From assembly GCA_938074205.1 (NCBI GenBank), contig CALJES010000012.1, forward strand, positions 342,840-406,839: a DNA stretch of 64,000 nucleotides. Reading direction: 5' to 3'. A model generated the notes under the pieces. It had not been told where the DNA came from, ran no database searches, and worked only from the letters and a program-made list of their open reading frames with translations. Below are positions 53,231 to 63,657 of this stretch, one piece after another. How positions within the stretch are numbered: position 1 is the stretch's first letter; each line of letters begins with the position of its first letter. A program made the translations under genes and the position numbers. The DNA is from an uncultured bacterium (GTDB taxonomy: Bacteria > Armatimonadota > UBA5829).

Positions 53231-56200
53231 CTATTGTCCGATGAACTGCAGAGTATCAATCTCTGCTCCAGCATAGCCAGTGCGCATCAGCATCATTCTG
53301 ATACGACCGGAACCTGAGATATACCTATTGCAGCAAATACCCTGCACAACCACTTGTTTTCCTATGTCCTCGGGTGAGCGCGGGAACGCTGAAATTGCAT
53401 CCCAGGCTCTTATTACTTTGATGCCCTTATATCCATCGGGTCCGCCCTCGCAAGGAACGCCGCTGCCGTCGTCTACATAACACCACATCCAGCCTTTCGA
53501 AACGTCCTCACCGTATCCAAGCACCTTACCTGTTACTCTAATCAGCAGACCCTCAGTGTTGAGACCGGTCGCAACCACCGGATTATTGCCGACCCAGGCT
53601 CCGATTACGGCTGGCGTGCCATCACCAGGTCCGGGATTGGCGACGTTAGAACGCCAACCACCGCCGTAGGATTTCACGTTCATACAGATGAACGGCGGCA
53701 AATCAGTGTATCCGCCGAGTGTCGGCATCGAATCCAACCTCAACTCACGAGTAAGGTCAATCACTGGGTCAGTGCTGGAGGTCGGCAGCACCAGGGTGCC
53801 ACTCATTCTGGTTATTGTGGCGCCGGCAGTCATCCCGGGCGGGAAGTAGTTCCCGAGGGCCTTCGCGTTGACCTTTAAACCTGCGGCACCCAGCCCGCCA
53901 TCTGGCGTCAATTGCTCAACCCAGAACCACTTCTCCGCATTCGAGCCATACAAATCACCCGGATCGACATACGTCACGATACACGGATTCTCGTAGTTCT
54001 CGAATATGACTGAGGTGTCTTTACAGGCTTTGATCTCGCCTATCGTAGAGTACTTGAACAAGATTTTTATACCGTCGCTGACTCCTGCTTCGCTCCAAAT
54101 GCCTGCACCGTTCTTGGCCTTAACCAAGACATAGTAGGTGCCGAGTTTCAAGTTCAACCCCGTGAACGTATACTCTGTGACGTTGCCCACCGAGCGCCAG
54201 TCTGCAACGTAGTCGCGACCTATGTCCATTGGCACGCCGCTTATCGCGCAAGCATACTCGACCACTCCACTCTCAGGATCAGAAGCAGCAGTCCAAGTGA
54301 CGTGCATAGTGGTCATACTATTCTGCTCATCTCCGTCGTCGAACACCACCGGTATGCTAGGCGGCGTAACGTCCCCTGCCGTTGGCACGACTACGCCGTA
54401 GGACTTAGTCGTTGACGAGTTGGGACCGTCCGGAGGCGAGTAAACTCTCAGGATCTCGAGGTTGTTGTCTATGGCGTAGAGGTTGCCGACAGCGTCAAAA
54501 GCGGCGTCACGCCAGGTAGAGAAGATAGTCTTTCCCTGCTCGTAGACGTCGCGGGTGAATACGCTCTTAAGTGCAGTGGTAACTCCAGTTGTCTGCTCCG
54601 TCCAGGTTGCGCCGCCGTCCCTGCTGACGTAGGCTTTTCCATTAGGCCCGACTGCCCAACCAAGTGCCGGGTCGACAAACTTAGCACAATTAAGTGCCGG
54701 TGCTCCCGACGAAACGATAGTCCACGTGGCACCGCCGTCTTTCGTCTTAGCAACCGTTCCGTCTTCCGCAACCACTTTAGCAACCAGACTTGTCACCACG
54801 GATACGCTCTTGAGCTTCTTGCCTGCCAGCTCAGGGACAACTTGAGGTACCCAAGTAGCTCCGCTGTCGGTGGTGCGCAGTATAGTGCCATTGTCGCCCA
54901 CTGCCCAGCCATATTCCTGAACAGAAGGTAGGTGCCGATGCCTTGCTACGCCTATTGAATAAAGGTTTGCGGTCGTGCCAGAGTTCAAGAGAGACCAAGA
55001 TGTACCAGAGTTGACGCTTTTCAGTATGACACCACCGTTACCGCAGACATACAGTACCTGTTGACCAGTGGTTGCTGAGCCGAAGGGTTGATCTATCCAG
55101 TTAAGATCCTGCGTGGTGCCGGAGCTTGCTGCGGACCAGGTAGCACCGCTGTCTGCCGACACGTATATTGCACCGCCCGCACCAACTGCCCACACGTAGT
55201 ATGTATAGACAACCGGGCTTCCGGATGAGGACATAAAAGCTCTCACGCATTTTAGGTCCTGCGAACCGGGCGTGCTAGGGATGGTCCAGGTGGCGCCGCC
55301 GTCTGTAGTTCTTAGGAATGTGCCTGCGTTACCTACGGCGTAGCCGACAGTGGATGAGCGCATGAAGATGTCGTTTAGGTCGTTGGTTGTTGGGGACGTC
55401 ACATTTATCCACGTCCGACCTCGATCAGCAGATCGCAGGATCGTCCCGCCGGAGCCCACTGCCCAAACTCCGACGGGGGAAATAACTTGCATGCGTTCTA
55501 GGTCGAAATCTTTGTCGGTGACAATCAGTCGGCCGTTGTTATACGTGCATACAGCCACTCTGTTGCGGGCATCGTCAAGCGCCAAACCATATGTGTTACG
55601 GAGCACGTCCTGGCCGCCCCAGTCTGTAAGTGATAGGAACAACAGTGTCTGGTCCTGAGCCACTTTTATGACGCTCGAAATGTCAGTTCCGTCCGCTCTG
55701 TTTTGGCTAATGTACCAGTTACCCTCAGAATCCTTGGCGAAGTCTTGGTAGGTGTTTTGCATTATGTTGACAGGATAGTTGTCATTGTACGGAATGGCAT
55801 CGGGCTTTCCCCACCAAGGCAGCTGACTGTTTCCAACGTTGTACTGCCACACGCTGCCTCTTTGAGCAACGTTGCCGGGATAGTCCTCGTCGAGCGTGTA
55901 GATCACTCTATCCGGACCGACGCCTTCGACGATCGCGCCGAGTATATTACCGTGGTTCGACGTAAGACCAGTACTGTCAGCACCGGCCGGGTCAAAAATC
56001 GACTGCGCGCTGAGAAAATCAGGGTCGCCAACCCAAAGCCCCGGGTGTGAATCGTGATTATCACACACATATAGGCAGTCGTCCGGGCCTACGGTGCATC
56101 GCCAGGGACTATATGAGCTTAGTACCCACGTAACACCGCCCGTTCGTGCATGGTCGCCCTGCCCGACAGCATCGGTGCCGTCGGCGTTGAGAATATAGAT

Positions 56201-56755
56201 TCCATCTTCGGTTACCTTCGGCGAGCCGCTCCACTGGTTCGCTCCTGATGGGTACGCTTCCGAAACGTAGATTCGGCCGTAGTACTTGCTGCGCGGGTCC
56301 TTGTTTACATCGACACCACGCGGGCTGTAGTACTTGCACCGGTCTGTGACAGTCTCATCGATGATCGGAGTCCACTCAGAGTAACCATCGTCCGAGGCAG
56401 TCACAGTGAAGTAATACGGTTCGCCAAGGGGCACGAGAGCGCCGGCATCATTCTTGCCATCCCACACCCAGGTTTGTGTTCCCCTAGTTAGTGGTCCAAG
56501 ATTGACCGTGCGCACGAGCTGGTCACCAGCAGCACGATAAATTTTCAAGACGACGCCGTTGTCCGCGTTCTCGTTCAGAATGAATGACAGCGTTACCGTG
56601 CCGCCAGACGCTGGGGCGAAGGCAGGTGCGCTTGCCTCAAGCTTAGTGGCGTAGACATTTGCGAGGATCTCCGCGGGGAGGCTCATCACCAGTGCGAGGC
56701 ATAACACAAGTACCGGGCGGATCTTAGCACTTCCATTGCCGGAACATCCCCTCAT
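53231..56755 (-). CDS. Large secreted protein: FlgD-Ig, NHL-like and Ycf48/BNR propellers, FN3-like domain, C-terminal OB-like module
   Basis: Signal peptide, WVWDGKNDAG, repeated T.DGGATW, W.AASDPESGV..Y, GLNTEGLLIRVTG..DDGS. Confidence 0.82.
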   Translation of the reverse strand: MRGCSGNGSAKIRPVLVLCLALVMSLPAEILANVYATKLEASAPAFAPASGGTVTLSFILNENADNGVVLKIYRAAGDQLVRTVNLGPLTRGTQTWVWDGKNDAGALVPLGEPYYFTVTASDDGYSEWTPIIDETVTDRCKYYSPRGVDVNKDPRSKYYGRIYVSEAYPSGANQWSGSPKVTEDGIYILNADGTDAVGQGDHARTGGVTWVLSSYSPWRCTVGPDDCLYVCDNHDSHPGLWVGDPDFLSAQSIFDPAGADSTGLTSNHGNILGAIVEGVGPDRVIYTLDEDYPGNVAQRGSVWQYNVGNSQLPWWGKPDAIPYNDNYPVNIMQNTYQDFAKDSEGNWYISQNRADGTDISSVIKVAQDQTLLFLSLTDWGGQDVLRNTYGLALDDARNRVAVCTYNNGRLIVTDKDFDLERMQVISPVGVWAVGSGGTILRSADRGRTWINVTSPTTNDLNDIFMRSSTVGYAVGNAGTFLRTTDGGATWTIPSTPGSQDLKCVRAFMSSSGSPVVYTYYVWAVGAGGAIYVSADSGATWSAASSGTTQDLNWIDQPFGSATTGQQVLYVCGNGGVILKSVNSGTSWSLLNSGTTANLYSIGVARHRHLPSVQEYGWAVGDNGTILRTTDSGATWVPQVVPELAGKKLKSVSVVTSLVAKVVAEDGTVAKTKDGGATWTIVSSGAPALNCAKFVDPALGWAVGPNGKAYVSRDGGATWTEQTTGVTTALKSVFTRDVYEQGKTIFSTWRDAAFDAVGNLYAIDNNLEILRVYSPPDGPNSSTTKSYGVVVPTAGDVTPPSIPVVFDDGDEQNSMTTMHVTWTAASDPESGVVEYACAISGVPMDIGRDYVADWRSVGNVTEYTFTGLNLKLGTYYVLVKAKNGAGIWSEAGVSDGIKILFKYSTIGEIKACKDTSVIFENYENPCIVTYVDPGDLYGSNAEKWFWVEQLTPDGGLGAAGLKVNAKALGNYFPPGMTAGATITRMSGTLVLPTSSTDPVIDLTRELRLDSMPTLGGYTDLPPFICMNVKSYGGGWRSNVANPGPGDGTPAVIGAWVGNNPVVATGLNTEGLLIRVTGKVLGYGEDVSKGWMWCYVDDGSGVPCEGGPDGYKGIKVIRAWDAISAFPRSPEDIGKQVVVQGICCNRYISGSGRIRMMLMRTGYAGAEIDTLQFIGQ

Positions 56756-56825
56756 AGCAGTTCACTCCCCTCTCTTTCACTGATTTGCGTTTGGGCACGC
56801 GGTTCCGCGTGCTGTTACTATTCGC

Positions 56826-56854
56826 AGTCTAACAGCAGATCATGCGTGTGTCAA
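56826..56854 (-). promoter_or_regulatory. sigma70 promoter of the large secreted protein gene
   Basis: Minus strand TTGACA-17 bp-TAGACT with extended TG; leader hairpin GCACGCGG/CCGCGTGC. Confidence 0.7.
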
Positions 56855-56989
56855 CCTAGTACAAATACCGGCAATGCCGTGAGGTTTCACAGGGCAATTG
56901 TCTGATGTCGACTTGCGCGAATTGACGCAAGCTAGGTTTTGCTTAAACGGTTGTTAATGCTTGATACTCATGCTATACTGTGTGCGCTA

Positions 56990-57979
56990 ATGGCGCCGGC
57001 AACGCAGGTGAAAGAACCGGGGGTGCGGTCCAGGGTCATTGCTATTGTCGGCCCAACTGCAGTTGGGAAGACAGCAGCTGCCATTGAGCTGGTATCAAGA
57101 GTCGGCGGTGAAATCGTTTCAGCTGATTCGATGGCAGTCTATAAAGGAATGGACATTGGGACCGCCAAACCGACGGCTGAAGAACGCAAGCTGGCTAGGT
57201 TCCATCTTGTCGACGTAGCGGATCCTGCGAAGCCATTCAGCGTAGGCGAGTACCAGAGATTAGCTCAAGCTACCATCGCGGATATCGTTAGTCGAAATCC
57301 GCCTGCGATCATTGTCGGCGGAAGCGGGCTGTATGTTAAGGCAGCTGTAGATGGGCTTGCGCTGTGGATTCCGCCGCGGAACGATGAACTGAGGCGCAGA
57401 CTGTGGGATCAAGCGGAAAAATTGGGAAACGAGGCGGTTCACTCGCAACTTGCCGAAGTCGATCCTGAACTCGCCAGTAAAATCCATCCGAACAATCTGA
57501 AAAGGGTGATTCGCGCACTAGAAATTTACGATGCGACTGGCATACCGCCGTCAGTCCTTTTCAGAAAGGACTCTGCGAGAGAGCCTGCTCATCCGGAAGC
57601 GCGGTTGTTTGGTCTGACGATGCGGCGGGACGCCCTCTACGTTAGAATAGAAAAGCGCGTAGACGAGATGGTTGCTGCGGGTTTGGTTGATGAGGTGGCA
57701 GCTTTGCTGAGACGCGGCATCGACCGAACATTACCCTCAATGCAGGGGCTGGGCTACAAGGAGATCGCAGGCTACTTAGCTGGAGAGTATAGTTTGGCGG
57801 AAGCCATAGCTCTGCTCAAAAGGAACACCAGGCACTTCGCGAAACGTCAGCTGACCTGGTTCCGAGCTGATAAGCGGATAAAATGGATTGACGTAGAGAA
57901 CTGCACGGCGTCGGAGGTTGCTAAACTAATTGAACAGGAGCTCAAAAATGAACAAGAGCCAGCTCAACCTGCAGGATAA
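56990..57979 (+). CDS. miaA: tRNA dimethylallyltransferase
   Basis: GPTAVGKT, DSM.VYKGMDIGTAKP, HPNN.KRV.RALE, AKRQLTW. A TGcTATACT -10 element at ~56971-56979 argues for a start at 56990 or 57008. Confidence 0.95.
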   Translation: MAPATQVKEPGVRSRVIAIVGPTAVGKTAAAIELVSRVGGEIVSADSMAVYKGMDIGTAKPTAEERKLARFHLVDVADPAKPFSVGEYQRLAQATIADIVSRNPPAIIVGGSGLYVKAAVDGLALWIPPRNDELRRRLWDQAEKLGNEAVHSQLAEVDPELASKIHPNNLKRVIRALEIYDATGIPPSVLFRKDSAREPAHPEARLFGLTMRRDALYVRIEKRVDEMVAAGLVDEVAALLRRGIDRTLPSMQGLGYKEIAGYLAGEYSLAEAIALLKRNTRHFAKRQLTWFRADKRIKWIDVENCTASEVAKLIEQELKNEQEPAQPAG

Positions 57980-58286
57980 CTTTCTTAACCAGGTTAGACG
58001 AGATAACACGTTGGTCACAGTGTACTTGATCAGCGGAGTGCAACTAAAAGGCCACGTCCGAGCGTTCGATTCGTTCACTATTTTGCTGGAAACTCCTGGC
58101 AAACCTGCTCAGCTTGTTTATAAGCACGCGATGGCGTCGGTGGTGCCGAGCAAGCACGTCCAAATTGCTTCAGTGCGTGAAGAATCGGCGGAAATCGAGG
58201 AAAAACTTACTTCCTCACACGAAGAAGCAGCTGAGCCTGCAGCAGCTGCTTTGACAATTGAAGAGCCTATCCACGTTGGTTCCTAG
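57948..58286 (+). CDS. hfq: RNA chaperone Hfq with acidic C-terminal tail
   Basis: LQDNFLN..R, G.QLKG, FD.FT, QLVYKHA; located after miaA; AGGAG SD. Confidence 0.95.
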   Translation: MNKSQLNLQDNFLNQVRRDNTLVTVYLISGVQLKGHVRAFDSFTILLETPGKPAQLVYKHAMASVVPSKHVQIASVREESAEIEEKLTSSHEEAAEPAAAALTIEEPIHVGS

Positions 58287-58355
58287 CAGGTGTTGCTTTT
58301 CCCAAAAGTAACGATCATTGTTGAACTGTAGTACACGTCTCAAGGAGATTCGCAA

Positions 58356-59201
58356 TTGAAATTTGTGAAGTTGCATGGCGCTGGCAACGACTTTGTCGTC
58401 GTTGACGGGTCAGAGGAAAAGATTTCTGAAGAACGACTGCCGGAAATGGCGACATACATCTGCGACCGGCATTTTGGCGTCGGCGCCGACGGACTGATTC
58501 TTGTGCTGCCTTCAAAGGTCGCAAACTTCAGGATGCGCATTTTCAATCCTGACGGCTCAGAAGCAGAAATGTGCGGCAACGGAGTGCGGGTTTTCGCGAA
58601 ATACGTATATGACCGCAAGATGCACGACGACGTCGTAATGACAGTCGAAACTCTTGCTGGAATAAAGACTTTGAAACTCAATACAGTCAGCGGGAAAGTG
58701 CAGACAGTGCGCGTGGATATGGGAGAACCAAAGCTGCTGAGGTTCGAAATCCCGATGCGAGGCAAGGCCAACACAAAGGTAATCGCCGAACCTCTCAGGG
58801 TAGGCGGCAAGAAGATTGAAGTTACCTGCGTTTCCATGGGCAATCCGCACTGCGTCACATTCGTTGATGGGGTGGATCACTACCCCGTGGAAAAAATGGG
58901 ACCCCTCATCGAAAACCATCCAAGTTTTCCTGCAAGGACCAACGTTGAGTTTGTCGAGGTATTGAGTCCGCAGGAGATTAAGGTGCGGACGTGGGAACGA
59001 GGTGTAGGCGAGACACTTGCTTGCGGCACCGGTTCGTGTGCAGCAGTGGTTGCCGGATACCTTAACGAAAAGACTTCGCGAAAAGTGACCGTGCATCTGC
59101 GCGGAGGAGATTTGTTCATCGAATGGGCAGGCAATAACCGATTATTTATGACAGGGCCGGCCGAAGAAGTTTTCGAAGGCAGCATCGACATTAGCAGTTG
59201 A
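58356..59201 (+). CDS. dapF: Diaminopimelate epimerase
   Basis: HGAGNDF, EMCGNG, GNPH, ERGVGETLACGTG. Confidence 0.97.
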   Translation: MKFVKLHGAGNDFVVVDGSEEKISEERLPEMATYICDRHFGVGADGLILVLPSKVANFRMRIFNPDGSEAEMCGNGVRVFAKYVYDRKMHDDVVMTVETLAGIKTLKLNTVSGKVQTVRVDMGEPKLLRFEIPMRGKANTKVIAEPLRVGGKKIEVTCVSMGNPHCVTFVDGVDHYPVEKMGPLIENHPSFPARTNVEFVEVLSPQEIKVRTWERGVGETLACGTGSCAAVVAGYLNEKTSRKVTVHLRGGDLFIEWAGNNRLFMTGPAEEVFEGSIDISS

Positions 59202-59296
59202 TTTCTTTATCAGTTCGGTTGATCCGGACAGGGCATGGCTGTAGGTAAATGTCAGTCGCCTTGTCCGTTTTAGCATCTTAACCGGCGGAGGACAGA

Positions 59297-60475
59297 ATGG
59301 ATAGAGCGAAAAGACTTGATAAGATACCGCCATATCTCTTCGGCGAAATAGCGCGACTGAAGGCACAGGCGATATCCGAAGGTCGAGATCTTATAGATCT
59401 GGGTATCGGAGATCCTGATCAACCCACTCCTGAACCCATCGTTGAAAAACTGTGCGAAGCTGCTCGAAATCCCATTACGCATCGGTACGACGAGACAGAA
59501 GCCGGATGGCCTGAGTTCTTGGAAGCAGTTGCGCGCTGGTATCGTCGTCGATTTGGTGTTGGCATAGACCCCAAGAGCCAAGCCCTACTTCTTTTAGGAT
59601 CCAAAGACGGACTGGCTCACATATGCTGGGCGATGATCGACGCTGGAGACGTAAGCCTGGTGCCAGACCCCGGTTACACTGTTTACAAGGTAAATACGCT
59701 GATGGCAGGTGGAGACGCTTATGCAATGCCGCTACTCGAAAAGAACGGTTTTCTGCCGGATCTCTCCAGCGTGCCGTCGGATGTCGCAAAGCGCGCCAAG
59801 TTAATGTTTCTTAACTATCCGAATAATCCAACTGGAGCCACGGCAACTGTGGAGTTTTTCCATGAGGCGGTGAAGTTTGCCAAAGACTATGATATTGCCA
59901 TTGTCAGCGACCTAGCTTACTCTGAAGTTACCTACGACGGCTACGTAGCCCCGAGTATGTTGCAAATCGAGGGTGCTTTCGACGTCGTCGTCGAAATGCA
60001 CTCAATGTCAAAGACCTTCAACATGACGGGTTGGCGCATAGGATTCGCCGTCGGCAACAGTGATCTGATTGCACATCTGAACAAACTTAAGTCGAACCTC
60101 GACTCGCGGCAGTTTCCGGCGATCGATATCGCGGCAGCGTATGCTCTGGACCACGTGTCGAACAACGCCACCCTTGAACTGTATCGAAAACGCAGAGATA
60201 TACTCGTCGATGGGCTCAACGCAATAGGTTGGAAAATTCGCAAGCCAAAAGCCTCACTTTACGTGTGGGCTCCTGTGCCCGACGGTTACACCTCCGCTGA
60301 GTTTGCGAAGCTGCTGCTGGTGGATGCTGGGGTTCTGGTGGTTCCGGGCAGTGGATACGGGCAGTACGGGGAGGGCTACGTGCGCATGTCCCTCACAGTC
60401 TCCGGCGACCGCGACGGCGAACGTGTTGCTGAGGCAGTGCGCAGGATTAAAGAGAATATCTCAGTGAAGTGGTAA
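59297..60475 (+). CDS. dapL: LL-diaminopimelate aminotransferase
   Basis: PPYLF, LGIGDPD, NYPNNPTG, SMSKTFNMTGWR; adjacent to dapF. Confidence 0.88.
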   Translation: MDRAKRLDKIPPYLFGEIARLKAQAISEGRDLIDLGIGDPDQPTPEPIVEKLCEAARNPITHRYDETEAGWPEFLEAVARWYRRRFGVGIDPKSQALLLLGSKDGLAHICWAMIDAGDVSLVPDPGYTVYKVNTLMAGGDAYAMPLLEKNGFLPDLSSVPSDVAKRAKLMFLNYPNNPTGATATVEFFHEAVKFAKDYDIAIVSDLAYSEVTYDGYVAPSMLQIEGAFDVVVEMHSMSKTFNMTGWRIGFAVGNSDLIAHLNKLKSNLDSRQFPAIDIAAAYALDHVSNNATLELYRKRRDILVDGLNAIGWKIRKPKASLYVWAPVPDGYTSAEFAKLLLVDAGVLVVPGSGYGQYGEGYVRMSLTVSGDRDGERVAEAVRRIKENISVKW

Positions 60476-60495
60476 ACTGCCTAAGGCCTACGTGG

Positions 60496-61998
60496 TTAGC
60501 CGCTTTGCCCTAGGCCAGGATACAGAAAGATATCCGCGTCGACAATGCGGCCGTCACGCAGTACGTATTGCACAGGCCCGTGTGAGCCGCCCCAGTTGAA
60601 TTGGGGTCGGCGCTTCGTCTCTTCTTCACGTATACTCGCGATTTCACTCCACGTTATCCCTTGGGTGGCGATGGACCGCAGCTTGTCAAGCGGTATGTCC
60701 TGGAGGATCTGTTGACTTTGAGTATTCTCCAATAGGTTGTTGGTCTCGTCAGGATCGTTTAGCATATCAAACAACACAGGCTGCGCGGTTGCGAACTCGA
60801 CGTATTTCCACCGCTCGTCTCTGGCCATGCGGAACTCGAGGCGTTCATTTGGCATGAGCAGCTCGCACCTGGCCCAACACTTCTTTCGCGAGTTCGTGTC
60901 GCTCTTAAGAAGTGGAACCAGACTCTCACCGTCTAGACCCCTCGGGGCAGGAACACCAGCCCACTCGCAAAAAGTCGGAAACAGATCCAGCAGCTCCACT
61001 GGTGTTGTAACAACTTTGCCTGCCGGTATTCCAGGACCACATACGACCAGCGGAACACGAGAGGAACCGTCGTAGTACGACCTCTTGCTCCACATTCCGT
61101 GTTCACCGGCCATTTCGCCGTGGTCGGATGTATAGATTATGTAAGTGTTCTCGAGTAAGCCGTTTCGTTCCAATACATTCAGCAAATCGCCAATGCAGTC
61201 GTCTAGATAGTTGACACAAGCGTAGTATGCAGCGAGCGTCCGTTGCTGAATTTCATCCGAAAAGTCGTAGATATGAAAGTCATCAACTATGTATCTGTCG
61301 TGCGGGTGCAAAGACTCCGGATAACCTTCAGGCCTCGGAGGTAGGGGTGGGGGATCAGCCATAGCTCGTCTGAAGTAACGCCCGGGTGCCGTGAATGGGA
61401 AGTGCGGCCGCCCGTAACCGGCACATAGAAACCAAGGAGTGTCAGGATTCTTGCTGGCATGCTCTAGAAGGAATGCTATAGATTCCCGCGTCACTACACC
61501 ATCCATCAGCAGGCTTTCTGGGATCTCTGTTTCCCCAGCCCATGGGAAACGTCCAACCTTGTGGTCACACCAGCGGCCGTCCCACGTCTCAACGGGATCT
61601 GGCTGATGACCGCAAAAACGATCGATTATGATGTCTCCGTATGGCCGATGCTTGAATCCTCCATCCCATCTGGGTCCTTTGAGATGCATCTTGCCGACTA
61701 GCACAGTCTCGTAGCCGTAGTTACCTAGGTGTTGCGGGAGTGTCAATTCATCTGGGTAAAGCACAGACGCGTTATTCCAAGCAAAACATCGAAACGCATA
61801 CTTGCCTGTGAGCATAGATAAACGACTTGGTACACACAGTGGTGATTGACAGTAGCACGCCTCAAAGCGCACGCCGCGCTCAGCAAGCAGATCTATGTTT
61901 GGTGTGTGCGCCTTCTTATTACCAGCGTAACCTACGATATGCGGATTGTGCTGATCAGAAATCAAAAGAAGTATGTTTGGCCGACTTTTCTGGGACAC
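60496..61998 (-). CDS. Sulfatase (Cys-type, choline-sulfatase-like)
   Basis: SDQH, CVPSR, GKMH, SDHGE. Confidence 0.92.
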   Translation of the reverse strand: MSQKSRPNILLLISDQHNPHIVGYAGNKKAHTPNIDLLAERGVRFEACYCQSPLCVPSRLSMLTGKYAFRCFAWNNASVLYPDELTLPQHLGNYGYETVLVGKMHLKGPRWDGGFKHRPYGDIIIDRFCGHQPDPVETWDGRWCDHKVGRFPWAGETEIPESLLMDGVVTRESIAFLLEHASKNPDTPWFLCAGYGRPHFPFTAPGRYFRRAMADPPPLPPRPEGYPESLHPHDRYIVDDFHIYDFSDEIQQRTLAAYYACVNYLDDCIGDLLNVLERNGLLENTYIIYTSDHGEMAGEHGMWSKRSYYDGSSRVPLVVCGPGIPAGKVVTTPVELLDLFPTFCEWAGVPAPRGLDGESLVPLLKSDTNSRKKCWARCELLMPNERLEFRMARDERWKYVEFATAQPVLFDMLNDPDETNNLLENTQSQQILQDIPLDKLRSIATQGITWSEIASIREEETKRRPQFNWGGSHGPVQYVLRDGRIVDADIFLYPGLGQSG

Positions 61999-62129
61999 CT
62001 AATCGTCCTCCACCGTAATGTAATTACAAAACTCGGTGTGAAGGGAAAACTCCTCTGGCGCATAACCAAAATACTGTATACATACTACAATACCACCTCC
62101 ATAATGGGCAAACTGATTGCAGGTAGGCG

Positions 62130-63575
62130 GTGCACATGAACCTTTTGATACTTTGTCCCGATCAGCTTCGGGCTGATTATCTTTCTTGTTACGGTCACCC
62201 CACCATTGGAACGCACAATATCGACCGTTTGGCGGCTGAAGGGGTGAGGTTCGAAAAAGCCTACTGCGCCGCTCCGCTTTGCGGTCCTAGTCGGATTAGC
62301 TTTGTTACGTCACTTCGTTTCTCAGAACACAATCACCGGAACTACGGCTCGACGATCGATTATACAGTACCGAATCTGGTCCGGTCCTTGAAGGAATCCG
62401 GTTATCGCACTGCAATGTTTGGGAAAAACCATTGTTTCAACTACGAACAACTCCCTCAGATATGGGATGAACTCCATGAGATATGCCTGGGCAACTACGA
62501 TAGGCACCCGAAGTATCAGCGATCTTTTGACGCGTTCCCTCTTGAAAAGGACCACGAATATAACATAACGGCCTTGCTCGCAGACGAAGCAATTTCATTC
62601 ATTAGACGCCAGGGTGAGAGGCCGTGGTTGTGTTGGGTCAATTGGCAAGATCCACATCCGGCGTTCACGTGCCCTGAACCGTACTTCTCGATGTTCGAGC
62701 GGGCTTCAATTGAAACCCCTCTGGGCTATCGCGAATCAGCGGCTAAGAACAAACCGAAACGACTCAAGAACTGGCAGATAAATAGTCTTGCTCAGCAAGC
62801 CTCGGACGAGGAAATTAGAAACGCAATAGCAGCCTATATGGGTCAAGTCAGATACGTGGACGATTCGGTTGGCAAAATACTGGACGCATTGGATCAGACA
62901 GGTCAGCGCGACAATACATTGGTCGTTTTCTTCGCAGACCATGGAGAGCTGCTTGGGGATCAGGGTGCTTTTCATAAGATCGGGGTTTTCTACGAATGTC
63001 TCACGCGAATACCGGTCATAATAAGACACCCGCACGGGAAGTACCGCGGGGTGTTCCAGGGGCTCGTAGAAGAAGTGGATTTAGCCCCCACCATCTTGGA
63101 CGCCCTAGGTATACCGAAGCCGCTAACATTTGTCGGTGAGAGCCTACACCAAAGGTTGCTCGATGGCAAGCTGGAAAGAGAACACGGCAGACCTACCGCT
63201 CTGGTGGAAACGGGATTGCAAGCACCGACTTGGCCCGCACCTGTCGGATACAACCAGAAAGCGCCGTTCGCCCCGAACAATTTTGGCCCGGGGGCAATGC
63301 TTACGGATGGGAGGTTTAAACTGTCGGTCTACTACGACGACGTGTGCGAGCTCTACGACCTTGGCGAGGATCCGAAAGAGCTTGAGAACAGATTTGACGA
63401 TCCGGCACTGAAGGACGTTCGCGACCGATTGACGCTAGAACTATGTAAGCGCCTAATGGGCGTAGGGGTGCGCGATATTGGCCGTATAGACTGGCCGGAG
63501 CCAGACGCCGATCCACGAGAGGCTCCCATTGAGGTTATTTCGTTGCGGCGTTCTCTCAAAGGAGTGCGCAGCTAG
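62130..63575 (+). CDS. Sulfatase (Cys-type)
   Basis: DQLRAD, CGPSR, GKNH, ADHGE. Confidence 0.92.
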   Translation: MHMNLLILCPDQLRADYLSCYGHPTIGTHNIDRLAAEGVRFEKAYCAAPLCGPSRISFVTSLRFSEHNHRNYGSTIDYTVPNLVRSLKESGYRTAMFGKNHCFNYEQLPQIWDELHEICLGNYDRHPKYQRSFDAFPLEKDHEYNITALLADEAISFIRRQGERPWLCWVNWQDPHPAFTCPEPYFSMFERASIETPLGYRESAAKNKPKRLKNWQINSLAQQASDEEIRNAIAAYMGQVRYVDDSVGKILDALDQTGQRDNTLVVFFADHGELLGDQGAFHKIGVFYECLTRIPVIIRHPHGKYRGVFQGLVEEVDLAPTILDALGIPKPLTFVGESLHQRLLDGKLEREHGRPTALVETGLQAPTWPAPVGYNQKAPFAPNNFGPGAMLTDGRFKLSVYYDDVCELYDLGEDPKELENRFDDPALKDVRDRLTLELCKRLMGVGVRDIGRIDWPEPDADPREAPIEVISLRRSLKGVRS

Positions 63576-63657
63576 GTTGGCAGACTAGTGATACTGAGGA
63601 TCAATATGCCTATAGTAAGTTTTTGAGATCCCTTGTGCTGCCGGGAGGGAATGAGAA

